Shown: piece by piece, positions 46,682-57,116 of the stretch
Position numbering within the stretch: the first letter of the stretch is position 1
How the letters are laid out: the number at the start of each line of letters is the position of its first letter
Assembly (NCBI GenBank): GCA_021299095.1
Contig: JAJTFW010000002.1
Coordinates: 138,133 to 202,132, forward strand
DNA: 64,000 bases
DNA from: Sphingobacteriales bacterium
GTDB taxonomy: Bacteria; Bacteroidota; Bacteroidia; AKYH767-A; OLB10
Direction: 5' to 3'
Program-made: the position numbers and the translations under genes
The notes under the pieces: model-generated
Databases searched by the model: none
The model's input: the letters and a program-made list of their open reading frames with translations, nothing else
Told to the model about the DNA's origin: nothing

Positions 46682-49456
46682 ATGCACCTGCGTATCCTTT
46701 ATTCCCTGTTTACCCTCTTACTGTTCGCCAGCGGACTCCATGCACAAACTTCCAGTGTCCGGGGAATGCTCATGGACGAGGACAATCGTGCCAGGCCAGC
46801 CAATGTGAATATTATTCTCAAAGGTGGAAGTACCCAGAACGTATTCAGCAAAGAAGACGGCTCATTTGAGTTTATGAATGTACCCTTTGGTGAGTACATA
46901 CTTGAAATTTCTGCAGAAGGATATGAAATCGCCAGCCGCTCGTTTTCGGTAGTGAAATCGATGACGGACCTGGGCACCATTCCGCTGACCTCCATCCAAA
47001 ACGCATTGCAAGGCCAGGATAATGTTCCTACCATTACACTCAGCGACAATGACCTCACAGGACAAGGCGGGCAAAGTGTTGCCGGCGTGTTGAGTGCTGG
47101 TCGCGACCCCTACATGGCTGCAGTAGCTTTCAATTTCAGTGCTGCCCGCTTCCGCAATCGGGGATACGACAATGAAAACCTGACCCTGATGAACGGCATT
47201 CCGGTCGAGGACCTCAGCAGCAGCCGAACCCTGTTCGGAACTTGGGCTGGACTGAACGATGTGACGCGTAGCCGTGAAAACACCTACGGACTCAACGCAT
47301 CCAATTACAGTTACGGAAGCCTGGATGGTTCATTTTCCATTGACACCAAGGCCTCACGTCAGCGGAAGCAATTCTCCATCAGTTATGCAAACTCAAACCG
47401 GACCTACAACAATCGCCTGATGGCCTCTTACGGAACCGGCTTGCTGAGTGGAGGTTGGGCGTTTGCAGCATCCGTATCCCGACGCGGCGGTGACCAAGGC
47501 TATGTTCCCGGCACCTTCACCGATGGTTGGTCGTGGTACACCTCTATTGAAAAGCGCTTCGGCACCGACCATAGCCTTAGCCTCACCCACATGGGTGCCA
47601 ACACCATTACGGGCAGGGCAAATCCTGCCATTCAGGAAGCCTATGATCTGGTCGGTTCCAATTACTACAATCCGAATTGGGGATACCAAAATGGACAAGT
47701 GAGAAATTCACGTATCGGCCGACAGCAGCAACCCCTTACCATTTTGAATCACGAATGGAAAATCAATTCCCGTTCGGAACTGGAGACCTCCTTCGGCTAC
47801 CAATACGGAAGCAATTCCATCAGTGGATTTGACTGGTTTAATGCCCCAGATCCCCGTCCGGATTTTTACCGCCGGCTGCCCAGCTACATCGAAGATTCAA
47901 CGCTAAAAGATCAGATCGCAAATCTCTGGCGAACCGACGAAAATTTCCGTCAGGTCGATTGGGAGAACATCTACAATGTAAACCGCAACTCGTTCGAACA
48001 GGTTGCTGATGCCAACGGAATCATTGGCGATACCGTGTCGGGACGCCGCTCACGTTACATCCTCGAAGAGCGTGTAACCGACAGCCGCAGATCCACCTTT
48101 GCCATGAATTACACCGAGGTTTTTTCAGATCACTTCATCATGAATGGTGGCTACATTTATCAGGACCAGCGTACCGACAATTACAAGCGCGTTGCAGACC
48201 TGCTGGGAGGAGAATTCTATGTGGATATCAATCAGTGGGCCGAGCAGGATTATCCCGATTCGTCTGAAGCCCTCCAGAACAACCTGGATACCCCCAACCG
48301 CATCGTGCGCGAGGGTGACCGCTTCGGTTATAGTTATAAAACAACCGTGCGGAAGAGCATGGCCTGGGCCCAGGGCCAGTTCAAGTATGACCGTATCGAC
48401 GCCTTTGCTGCATTCCACCTGGCCAGTACATCCTTCTTCCGTACAGGCGATTATCGCAACGGCATTTTTGCAGATGATTCGTTCGGTGACTCCAAAGTGG
48501 AAGAGTTCAATACTTACGGAATCAAATTGGGGGCAACTTATAAGTTGAATGGAAGAAATTACTTCTTTGTAAATAGTGCGATTGAGACCAGGGCGCCCCT
48601 TTTGGAGAACGTATTCGTATCACCCCGCACGCGGAACGAAGCCATCGACAACCTGACTACGGAGAAAATCACCTCGATTGAGGGGGGCTACCTGCTCCGT
48701 GCTCCCCGTGCCAAGGTTAGGGCTACCTTGTATTATACTGAATTCAACGACGGCTACAACACCATCAGTTTCTGGCACGAGGACTTCAGGACGTTCGTGA
48801 ACTACACCCTAAGCAACATAGATCGACGCCATGTTGGTCTTGAGTTCGGAACCGAGGTAAACCTTGGTCAGGGCTGGAGCAGCACGCTTGCAGCCTCCAT
48901 AGGCCAGTACTATTACACCGACCGCATGATCGGAACCGTAACACAGGACAACAGCGCCGAAGTCCTCGCTTCAAACGAAACCGTCTATTCCAAGAACTTT
49001 TTTGTTGCCAATGGCCCGCAACAGGCATACACCTTGGGAGCCACCTACAGATCACCTAAATTCTGGACAGTCAACATGAACGTGAACTGCTTCGCGAACA
49101 ATTATGTTGATTTCAATCCGGCCCGTAGGACCGTTGCCGGTGTGGAATTACTGAATGAGGGTCCGCTGCGCGAAGCCATTATCGACCAACAGGTGGCATC
49201 CAGCCAGGTGACGGTAGATTTCTTCGGGTCCAAGTCCTGGCGCATCAGTGACTTTGTGGAAGGGTTCCGTAGAAACACCTTCCTGGTACTTAATCTGGGT
49301 GTATCAAACATGTTTAACAACCAGGACATGATGCTGACCGGCTTCGAGCAATTACGTTTCGACTATACAGACAAGAATCCGGATAAATTTCCGCCACGAT
49401 TCTATTACGGTTTCGGTAGGACTTATTTTGCATCCGTGATCGTCCGATTCAACTGA
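46682..49456 (+). CDS. TonB-dependent receptor with N-terminal carboxypeptidase-regulatory-like domain and plug
   Basis: About 924 aa. Signal peptide. CarbopepD_reg-like domain (VRGMLMDEDNRARPANVNIILKGGS…), plug, and a 22-strand barrel region with C-terminal YGFGRTYFASVIVRF. Confidence 0.9.
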   Translation: MHLRILYSLFTLLLFASGLHAQTSSVRGMLMDEDNRARPANVNIILKGGSTQNVFSKEDGSFEFMNVPFGEYILEISAEGYEIASRSFSVVKSMTDLGTIPLTSIQNALQGQDNVPTITLSDNDLTGQGGQSVAGVLSAGRDPYMAAVAFNFSAARFRNRGYDNENLTLMNGIPVEDLSSSRTLFGTWAGLNDVTRSRENTYGLNASNYSYGSLDGSFSIDTKASRQRKQFSISYANSNRTYNNRLMASYGTGLLSGGWAFAASVSRRGGDQGYVPGTFTDGWSWYTSIEKRFGTDHSLSLTHMGANTITGRANPAIQEAYDLVGSNYYNPNWGYQNGQVRNSRIGRQQQPLTILNHEWKINSRSELETSFGYQYGSNSISGFDWFNAPDPRPDFYRRLPSYIEDSTLKDQIANLWRTDENFRQVDWENIYNVNRNSFEQVADANGIIGDTVSGRRSRYILEERVTDSRRSTFAMNYTEVFSDHFIMNGGYIYQDQRTDNYKRVADLLGGEFYVDINQWAEQDYPDSSEALQNNLDTPNRIVREGDRFGYSYKTTVRKSMAWAQGQFKYDRIDAFAAFHLASTSFFRTGDYRNGIFADDSFGDSKVEEFNTYGIKLGATYKLNGRNYFFVNSAIETRAPLLENVFVSPRTRNEAIDNLTTEKITSIEGGYLLRAPRAKVRATLYYTEFNDGYNTISFWHEDFRTFVNYTLSNIDRRHVGLEFGTEVNLGQGWSSTLAASIGQYYYTDRMIGTVTQDNSAEVLASNETVYSKNFFVANGPQQAYTLGATYRSPKFWTVNMNVNCFANNYVDFNPARRTVAGVELLNEGPLREAIIDQQVASSQVTVDFFGSKSWRISDFVEGFRRNTFLVLNLGVSNMFNNQDMMLTGFEQLRFDYTDKNPDKFPPRFYYGFGRTYFASVIVRFN

Positions 49457-49490
49457 GTCTAATCATCCAAACACGCAACTCACCAAACAC

Positions 49491-50972
49491 ATGATAACAT
49501 CAACGCAATTCCGCACCGGCAAGCTCATCGCATTGCTGATGTTCCTGACCCTGGCCCTTGTCACCTCCTGCCGCAAGGACGACTTCGATGAACCACCGAT
49601 GAATGGTGCAGACCCCAACCTATCGGTCAATATGAATATTGACTCACTCAAATCCTATTACGTGGGTAACATCCTTCGGATTGACAGCAACTGGATTATT
49701 GCCGGAGTAGTGACTGCTGATGATAAATCAGGCAATTTCTACAAGACAATCGTTCTTGAAGACAACACCGCCGGAATCTCCATCCGCCTCGACTTGAGCA
49801 ATTACAATGTGGACTATCCGATCGGCCGTCGGGTTTTCGTCAAACTCAAGGGCCTATACATGGGTGATTACGGGGATCTGATCCAACTCGGCGGATGGGT
49901 TGACTCCAGCGGAACAACGCCCTCGGTTGAGCCTATCCCCATGAGCCTTGTCAGCGACTACCTGATTGGCGGGGAATACAACCTAAACCCACAGCCTTCA
50001 TCAGTGAACATCAGTGATGTAGCCTCCAACATCCAGAAGTGGCAAAACCGATTCATTGAGCTCGACAGCGCCGAATTCAACATCGCCGACACCGGAAAGA
50101 CCTTTGCTGACGCCATCGCGCTGTCCTATGGCGAGTACGACATCAAACAATGTGTTGGCAGCAGCAGCATCCTGCTTCGCACCAGCGGCTACTGCGACTT
50201 CGCAACCAAAACGCTTCCGGGCGGTAATGGTAAAATCAAAGGCATTTGCACGGTTTACAACGGAACCCTGCAGTTGATCATCCGTGATGAAAACGATGTG
50301 GACATGCCGAACTCCCGCTGTAATGCCGTAATTGGACAGCCTACACGCGTCGACATTTCCGCGCTACGCAACCTTTTCCAGGGCAGTACACTTTCAATTA
50401 CCAACAACTACTACATCACCGGCGTAGTAATCAGCGACCGAAATGGTGCAAACCTGAACAGTAAGAACGTATTTGTACAGGATGCCACGGCTGGCGTATG
50501 TGTTCGTTTCGCTGCCAACCACACCTTCAATGTGGGCGATTCGGTTAAGATCGATGTTGCAGGACAATCATTCGGCGAATACCTTGGACTTCTGCAGGTT
50601 GGAACTTCCAGCCCAAGCGTCCCTCTTGCTAATTCAACTGTGCTGGCGACCGGAAAAAACATCAACCCTCTGGTGGTTACTGTAGCCGACATCCTGGCCA
50701 ACATGGCTGCGAATGATACCTGGGAAGCCAGTTTATTTAAAATCAACAATGCTACCCTATCGGGCAGCACCACTTTCGCCGGATCTGTTCAAATTACGGA
50801 TGCCACCGGTGTGATGACGCTGTACACATCCAGCGCGGCAGTATTTGCAGCCACAGCGCTACCCGGTGGAACAGTAAGTGTAACCGGAATCTTATCGGAT
50901 TACACCGGAACAGTCACAGCGCCGAATACGAATGCGCAGCTTCTGTTGCGAAATGCAGCTGACGTCCAATAA
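49491..50972 (+). CDS. lipoprotein with two tandem ~220-aa OB-like modules (DUF5689-like)
   Basis: 493 aa. Lipoprotein signal (…LALVTSC). Module 1 (aa ~50-275) and module 2 (aa ~289-493) align with each other (…NWIIAGVVTADD…VLEDNTAGISIRL… / …NYYITGVVISDR…VQDATAGVCVRF…). It immediately follows the TonB-dependent receptor. Confidence 0.55.
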   Translation: MITSTQFRTGKLIALLMFLTLALVTSCRKDDFDEPPMNGADPNLSVNMNIDSLKSYYVGNILRIDSNWIIAGVVTADDKSGNFYKTIVLEDNTAGISIRLDLSNYNVDYPIGRRVFVKLKGLYMGDYGDLIQLGGWVDSSGTTPSVEPIPMSLVSDYLIGGEYNLNPQPSSVNISDVASNIQKWQNRFIELDSAEFNIADTGKTFADAIALSYGEYDIKQCVGSSSILLRTSGYCDFATKTLPGGNGKIKGICTVYNGTLQLIIRDENDVDMPNSRCNAVIGQPTRVDISALRNLFQGSTLSITNNYYITGVVISDRNGANLNSKNVFVQDATAGVCVRFAANHTFNVGDSVKIDVAGQSFGEYLGLLQVGTSSPSVPLANSTVLATGKNINPLVVTVADILANMAANDTWEASLFKINNATLSGSTTFAGSVQITDATGVMTLYTSSAAVFAATALPGGTVSVTGILSDYTGTVTAPNTNAQLLLRNAADVQ

Positions 50973-50992
50973 AACCAAACCACAAGTACATA

Positions 50993-51017
50993 AGCCGGCC
51001 ACAAGCCGGCTTTTTTT
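50993..51017 (+). terminator. Rho-independent terminator after the receptor-lipoprotein operon
   Basis: AGCCGGC-CACAA-GCCGGCT hairpin followed by TTTTTTT. Confidence 0.7.
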
Positions 51018-51061
51018 ATTCCGAAAGTGAAGCAGGCAACGCGAAGCTTCAATCCCTCAGT

Positions 51062-51069
51062 TACTTTTG
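51062..51069 (+). promoter_or_regulatory. -7 promoter element (TActTTTG) 22 nt upstream of the purH ATG at 51091
   Basis: Exact TAnnTTTG match. It supports the ATG at 51091 over the TTG at 51067. Confidence 0.35.
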
Positions 51070-51090
51070 CGGGCTCAAAGACCGTTTATC

Positions 51091-52617
51091 ATGCATGTCC
51101 AATTGCGTTCTGCCCTACTATCTGTTTATCACAAAGACGGGCTGGCGCCCTTGGTCGAACGACTGTATGCGCACAAAGTCAAACTGTTCGCCACCGGTGG
51201 GACCTATGATTTCATCCGTGAACTGGGCTTACCGGTAACAGCGGTTGAAGAAATAACCGGCTACCCCTCAATTCTTGGCGGAAGGGTGAAAACCCTTCAT
51301 CCTGCTGTTTTCGGAGGAATCCTGTCGAAGCGTGACGATGCCTCACACCTTGAAGAAATGAGCACGCACGGACTACCGGAGATCGACCTGGTGGTTGTGG
51401 ACTTGTACCCATTCGAGGCTACGGTCCAGTCGGGGGCAGGCGAAGTGGATATCATCGAAAAAATCGATATAGGCGGAATCAGCCTGATCCGGGCCGGAGC
51501 GAAGAACTTTCGCGATGTACTGATCATTCCTTCCCGCGACGAATATGGATTTTTAGGAGAAGTGCTTGAACGTGAGCAGCCGGTAACTACACTGGAAGAA
51601 AGACGCAGTCTGTCATTAAAAGCCTTTCAGGTCAGTAGCCGATACGACACCAGTATTGCCCGTTGGATGGAGCTGGGACACCTTGATTCAGAGGCCATTG
51701 TCACCGATCCGACACTGCCGGTTTTTCCGCTCCGTTATGGAGAAAATCCACACCAGCAGGCGGCGTTTGTTGGCCGATTGAATGATGCCTTTGAACAGGT
51801 CCATGGCAAAGACCTTAGCTACAACAACTTGCTGGATATAGATGCGGCCTTGGGGCTCATCCGAGAATTTGATGCCCCAACCATGGCCATACTCAAACAC
51901 AACAACGCCTGTGGATTGGCCAGTTCGTCTGACCTGTTGACAGCCTGGCACAATGCCCTTGCAGGCGATCCGGTATCGGCCTTTGGCGGCGTGTTGGTTT
52001 GTAACCGCAAGGTTGAACTTCCGGTGGCCGAGGCAATGGATAAACTTTTTTTCGAAGTTCTGATCGCACCCGAATTCGACGATGCAGCATATCAGATTCT
52101 AAAAGGAAAAAAGAATCGCATCTTATTGATAAGCAAAGGTTTTGATCAGCCAAAACGCTTATTCAGAAGCGTACTAAACGGGGTGTTGACACAAGAACCT
52201 GATCTAAACACGGAAGATGAACAATCATTCAAAACCGTATCCCGACAGGCCGTGACTCCAGGCCAAATTGCCGATTTGACCTTTGCCAACAAGATTGTAA
52301 AACACACAAAGAGCAATGCCATCGTACTGGCAAGTGAGGGACAATTGCTAGCCAGTGGAACTGGACAAACTTCGCGTGTTGATGCCTTGAACCAGGCCAT
52401 TGCCAAGGCCAGGCATTTTGGATTCACCCTCGAAGGAGCTGTGATGGCCTCGGATGCCTTTTTCCCATTCCCCGACTGCGTTGAACTTGCAGCAGCAGCG
52501 GGTGTAACCGCCATAATTCAGCCCGGAGGATCCCTGCGTGATCAGGATTCGATCGACGCCTGTGACAAACTTGGAATCGCGATGGTGACGACGGGAATTC
52601 GCCACTTCAAACACTAA
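51091..52617 (+). CDS. purH: bifunctional AICAR transformylase / IMP cyclohydrolase
   Basis: About 508 aa. ALLSVYHKDGL MGS-like N-terminus and an AICARFT domain. Confidence 0.95.
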   Translation: MHVQLRSALLSVYHKDGLAPLVERLYAHKVKLFATGGTYDFIRELGLPVTAVEEITGYPSILGGRVKTLHPAVFGGILSKRDDASHLEEMSTHGLPEIDLVVVDLYPFEATVQSGAGEVDIIEKIDIGGISLIRAGAKNFRDVLIIPSRDEYGFLGEVLEREQPVTTLEERRSLSLKAFQVSSRYDTSIARWMELGHLDSEAIVTDPTLPVFPLRYGENPHQQAAFVGRLNDAFEQVHGKDLSYNNLLDIDAALGLIREFDAPTMAILKHNNACGLASSSDLLTAWHNALAGDPVSAFGGVLVCNRKVELPVAEAMDKLFFEVLIAPEFDDAAYQILKGKKNRILLISKGFDQPKRLFRSVLNGVLTQEPDLNTEDEQSFKTVSRQAVTPGQIADLTFANKIVKHTKSNAIVLASEGQLLASGTGQTSRVDALNQAIAKARHFGFTLEGAVMASDAFFPFPDCVELAAAAGVTAIIQPGGSLRDQDSIDACDKLGIAMVTTGIRHFKH

Positions 52618-52756
52618 TTGATCGAAAGGGCCCCGGAGACCCGAGATTAGCCCTTATTCCGCTATCTTTCGCCACGGATTCGGGCACCTTCATTCGAAGG
52701 ACTTTGGATCCTAACCGAACACACCCTCCACCAGAAAGCTAAAACACAACCACTAC

Positions 52757-53779
52757 ATGGGACTCTTTGATTTCCTGACGCAGGAGATCGCCATCGATCT
52801 GGGAACCGCGAACACCCTCATCATTCACAACGACAAGGTAGTGGTGGATGAACCTTCAATCGTCGCTATCGACCGTATGACCGGCAAAGTGATTGCCGTT
52901 GGCAAACAGGCGATGATGATGCATGGTAAAACCCACGAAAACATCAAGACCGTGCGCCCGCTGAAAGACGGCGTAATTGCCGATTTCGAAGCTGCGGAAC
53001 AGATGATCAAGGGAATGATCCGAATGATCAGCACGGGAAGCCGGCTATTCAGTCCAAGCCTCCGCATGGTGATTTGCATTCCATCGGGCATCACCGAAGT
53101 TGAGAAGCGTGCAGTACGCGATTCTGCAGAACATGCGGGCGCCAAAGAGGTGTATCTCATCCATGAGCCGATGGCTGCTGCTATCGGTATCGGTATCGAT
53201 GTGGAAGAACCGATGGGCAATATGATCATTGATATCGGAGGTGGTACCAGTGAGATTGCCGTTATCGCCCTCGGCGGAATCGTCTGTGACCAAAGCATCC
53301 GCGTAGCTGGTGATGGATTCACCACTGACATCTGGGACTACATGCGCCGTCAACACAACATTCTCATTGGAGAACGCACTGCTGAACGCATCAAGATCGA
53401 AGTAGGTTCAGCCCTGCCTGAACTTGATAATGCACCGCCGGATTTCGCTGTGCATGGCCGCGACCTGATGACCGGTATTCCCAAAGAAATCACAGTGAGC
53501 TATCCTGAAATCGCTCACGCATTGGACAAGTCGATTAGTAAAATCGAGGAAGCCATTCTCAAAGCGCTCGAAATCACTCCACCCGAACTGTCCGCAGATA
53601 TTTTCCGGACCGGAATCTACCTCACCGGCGGTGGCGCTTTGCTTCGTGGTCTCGACCGACGCATATCCATGAAAACCAAACTGCCTGTTCACGTTGCCGA
53701 AGATCCATTGCGTGCGGTTGTTCGAGGTACGGGCATTGCGTTGAAGAACATTCACCGCTACAAATTCCTGCAACACTAA
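52757..53779 (+). CDS. mreB: rod shape-determining protein MreB
   Basis: 340 aa. IAIDLGTANTLI phosphate-1 motif and an actin-like fold. Confidence 0.97.
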   Translation: MGLFDFLTQEIAIDLGTANTLIIHNDKVVVDEPSIVAIDRMTGKVIAVGKQAMMMHGKTHENIKTVRPLKDGVIADFEAAEQMIKGMIRMISTGSRLFSPSLRMVICIPSGITEVEKRAVRDSAEHAGAKEVYLIHEPMAAAIGIGIDVEEPMGNMIIDIGGGTSEIAVIALGGIVCDQSIRVAGDGFTTDIWDYMRRQHNILIGERTAERIKIEVGSALPELDNAPPDFAVHGRDLMTGIPKEITVSYPEIAHALDKSISKIEEAILKALEITPPELSADIFRTGIYLTGGGALLRGLDRRISMKTKLPVHVAEDPLRAVVRGTGIALKNIHRYKFLQH

Positions 53780-53822
53780 ATCAACGCCGCAACCGGCAGC
53801 CTGAACCGAACGGAAGACAACG

Positions 53823-54665
53823 ATGAGGTTACTGTTCCTCCTGCTGTGGCGAAACAACTTCACCATTTTCTTTCTGCTGCTGCAGGTCATTAGCATCATC
53901 ATGCTTGTCCGTAGCAACCGCTACCAGCAGGCTACTGCATTCAATGCCACTAACCGGTTTGTTACACAAACCACTGGAGCCGTCAACAATGCCCGCGAGT
54001 TCATCTCTCTACGCGATGAGAATGCGCGGCTTGCCGAGGAAAATGCGAAATTGAGAGCAAGACTGAACGAGTCAGCCTACCTGCGCGACACCCTGACCAT
54101 TCGAATAAATGACACCATCCGACATCAGCAATACGAATACATGCCGGCACGTGTGGTGAACAATTCGGTCAACCGCAGGAACAATTACCTCACACTAAAT
54201 CGCGGCTCAATCGACGGAATACGACCTGAGATGGGTGTCATCAGTACGAATGGGGTGGTGGGTATCGTACATCGTGTATCGGACAACTACTGCACAGTTA
54301 TTTCACTGCTCAATGAAAAAACCAGCGTATCGGCGATGATCAGCCGCAACCGTTTTTTCGGATCTGTGCGCTGGGACGGGAAATCACCTGGACGCGTTAC
54401 GCTTTACGAAATCGACAAGACGGTACCTGTCCGAAAAGGCGATTCGGTGGTCACCACAGCTTATTCTGCCCTGTTCCCCTCTGGTATTTTCATGGGCAAA
54501 GTTGATCATATCGCGATCGAACCTGGATCACCATTCTACAAACTCGGCATTCGCCTGGCGACCGATTTCTCCAACCTGTCGCGTGTCTATATCGTAAAGA
54601 ACCTCTACAAGGATGAACAACGTATTCTTGAAGAGAAAAATGAAATGAAGGAGGATCAGCCATGA
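53823..54665 (+). CDS. mreC: rod shape-determining protein MreC
   Basis: 280 aa. N-terminal TM helix, a coiled coil, and beta-rich domains. It is in the position between mreB and mreD. Confidence 0.85.
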   Translation: MRLLFLLLWRNNFTIFFLLLQVISIIMLVRSNRYQQATAFNATNRFVTQTTGAVNNAREFISLRDENARLAEENAKLRARLNESAYLRDTLTIRINDTIRHQQYEYMPARVVNNSVNRRNNYLTLNRGSIDGIRPEMGVISTNGVVGIVHRVSDNYCTVISLLNEKTSVSAMISRNRFFGSVRWDGKSPGRVTLYEIDKTVPVRKGDSVVTTAYSALFPSGIFMGKVDHIAIEPGSPFYKLGIRLATDFSNLSRVYIVKNLYKDEQRILEEKNEMKEDQP

Positions 54666-55177
54666 TCATTACCGTACTCAGGCTACTACTTCAATTCATC
54701 GTGTTGATGGGGATTCAGGTTGTTATTTTAAACAACGTACGGCTTGGTGCGTTTATCAACCCCTTCCTATACGTCTTATTCCTTCTTTCCTTACCAGTCA
54801 ATACGCCGAAATTACTGCTGCTCCCACTGGCCTTTTTCACCGGGCTTATTGCCGATATGTTTCAGAATACCCCTGGAATGCATGCATCGGCCTGCCTGCT
54901 GCTCGTATATTGCAGGCCATCGTGGTTAAGCATCCTGGCACCCAGAGAAGGCTACGAACCTGACATGACCCCAGGACTGCGCAGTATGGGCCTCGGCTGG
55001 TATATCGCCTATGCGGGCGGCTTGATTTTCATGCATCACTTCCTGTTGTTTTTTTTGGAGATTTTCCGGTTATCGGAGATTGGATCCACGCTGGCAAGAA
55101 TCGGATTGAGCAGCTGCGTAACACTGTCGCTTGTCACCATTGCACAGTTCCTGAGTTTTAACCCCAAGAACAACTGA
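54662..55177 (+). CDS. mreD: rod shape-determining protein MreD
   Basis: 171 aa polytopic membrane protein. Its start overlaps the mreC stop by 4 nt. Confidence 0.7.
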   Translation: MIITVLRLLLQFIVLMGIQVVILNNVRLGAFINPFLYVLFLLSLPVNTPKLLLLPLAFFTGLIADMFQNTPGMHASACLLLVYCRPSWLSILAPREGYEPDMTPGLRSMGLGWYIAYAGGLIFMHHFLLFFLEIFRLSEIGSTLARIGLSSCVTLSLVTIAQFLSFNPKNN

Positions 55178-55184
55178 ACGGCCC

Positions 55185-57116
55185 ATGTACAATCCCGGCG
55201 CAAACCAACGTCTGGTCATTTTAGGGATATTCACGGCCGTTATACTGATTTTCATTGCCCGCCTGTTTTATGTGCAGGTGATAAACGAAAGCTATACCGT
55301 ATCTGCAAACAACAATGTGTTGCGGTATCTTACTGATTATCCCGCTCGAGGTCTTATTTATGACCGCAAGGGAAAAGTATTGGCCTACAACCAAGCGGTG
55401 TACGACCTCATGGTCATCCCACGCCAAGTGATTGGATTGGACACCGCGGAGTTCTGTACTTTGCTCGACATTGACCGGACTGTCTTTGAAGAGAAAATGA
55501 AAAAGGCCAAGTCGTTCTCGAGGGTCAAGGCCAGCATCTTCGAAAAACAGATTTCTGCAGAAACCTTCGCGACTTTCCAGGAGAAACTTTACAAGTTCAG
55601 GGGCTTTTTCGTGCAACCCCGAACCCTTCGGAAATACCCAAACAACACAGCAGCACATGTCCTGGGATATATCGGAGAGGTGAACGACGGGGTCATCAAG
55701 AAAAACCCCTACTACCGTAGCGGGGATTACATCGGTATCAGCGGTGTTGAACAGAGCTATGAGATAGAATTGCGGGGGCAGCGTGGAGTACGCATCGTGA
55801 TGGTTGACGTGTTTAACCGCGAAAAGGGCAGCTACAAAATGGGGCTGTATGATACCATTGCGGTTGCAGGTAAAAACCTGGTTTCTACGCTTGATGCCGA
55901 TTTACAGGCATATGGTGAAGCATTGCTGGCCAATAAAACCGGATCACTGGTGGCCATTGAACCCAAGACTGGTGAAATCCTCGCCTTGGTTTCTAGCCCT
56001 TCTTACGATCCCAACCTGCTGGTTGGACGTGTCAGGTCACGCAACTACTCCGGTCTACTCAAAGATCCATCCAAGCCTCTGTTCAACCGGGCTATGCAGG
56101 CTTACTATCCTCCTGGATCCACCTTCAAACTGACCAATGCACTTGCTGCGATGCAAGAGGAAATCCTGAATCCAGGTTCATCCTTCCCACATTCCTTTGT
56201 GGTAGGAAGCAAGAGTGTCAAATGCCACCCTCACCCACCGATTGCGCTCGAAGGTGCCATTCAGTACTCGTGCAATCCGTATTTCTGTAACACATTCAGG
56301 GCATTTATCGATAACAGAAAATTCGGTAGCAGCGAAAATGGATACCGTATCTGGCGCGATTACCAAATGAGTTTCGGAATCGGTAAAAAAATCGGTGTTG
56401 ACATGCCGCATGAGCTTAAAGGCCTTATTCCTTCGGTTGACTTCTACAATAAGATTTATGGAAAGGGACGTTGGAAAGCCTCTACCATCTACTCTCTCGG
56501 TATAGGACAAGGTGAATTAGGAATCACTCCACTTCAGATGGCTAATATCGTGTGTGTCATTGCCAACAAAGGATACTATTACACCCCACATATCATTAAG
56601 AAAATCGGGAATGAACGCAACACCAGTCGCAACCTGGCGCAGCGCCACCAAACCATGATTGACCCCAATCACTTTGATGTGGTACAGGATGGCATGCAAC
56701 GTGTTGTAGAGGCGGGAACAGCACGGGTAGCTCAATTCGATTCCATTACCATTTGTGGCAAAACAGGAACTGCACAAAACCCACACGGTAAAGACCACAG
56801 CTTGTTTGTCGCATTTGCCCCTCGCGAAAATCCGCAGATAGCCATCGCAGTTATGGTGGAGAATGCCGGATTCGGCGCTACATGGGCTGCTCCAATAGCC
56901 AGCTTGTTGATGGAGAAATACCTGCAGGACAGCGTGAAACGCAAAGAACTGGAGGAGCGCATGCTTAAGGGCGTTATTGATCCACTCAAGGGAGAGAAAC
57001 CAGAGGACGATGAATCCAACAAAGAGGCGGATACAGCTACAAATGGCTCGGTGAAAAAGAAAACAATTGCTGCCATTGAGCCGCGCAAAACCTCAATTCC
57101 GACACAAAAGCGGTGA
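55185..57116 (+). CDS. mrdA: penicillin-binding protein 2 (peptidoglycan D,D-transpeptidase MrdA)
   Basis: 643 aa. N-terminal TM helix. Transpeptidase motifs STFK, SCN, KTGT. Confidence 0.95.
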   Translation: MYNPGANQRLVILGIFTAVILIFIARLFYVQVINESYTVSANNNVLRYLTDYPARGLIYDRKGKVLAYNQAVYDLMVIPRQVIGLDTAEFCTLLDIDRTVFEEKMKKAKSFSRVKASIFEKQISAETFATFQEKLYKFRGFFVQPRTLRKYPNNTAAHVLGYIGEVNDGVIKKNPYYRSGDYIGISGVEQSYEIELRGQRGVRIVMVDVFNREKGSYKMGLYDTIAVAGKNLVSTLDADLQAYGEALLANKTGSLVAIEPKTGEILALVSSPSYDPNLLVGRVRSRNYSGLLKDPSKPLFNRAMQAYYPPGSTFKLTNALAAMQEEILNPGSSFPHSFVVGSKSVKCHPHPPIALEGAIQYSCNPYFCNTFRAFIDNRKFGSSENGYRIWRDYQMSFGIGKKIGVDMPHELKGLIPSVDFYNKIYGKGRWKASTIYSLGIGQGELGITPLQMANIVCVIANKGYYYTPHIIKKIGNERNTSRNLAQRHQTMIDPNHFDVVQDGMQRVVEAGTARVAQFDSITICGKTGTAQNPHGKDHSLFVAFAPRENPQIAIAVMVENAGFGATWAAPIASLLMEKYLQDSVKRKELEERMLKGVIDPLKGEKPEDDESNKEADTATNGSVKKKTIAAIEPRKTSIPTQKR

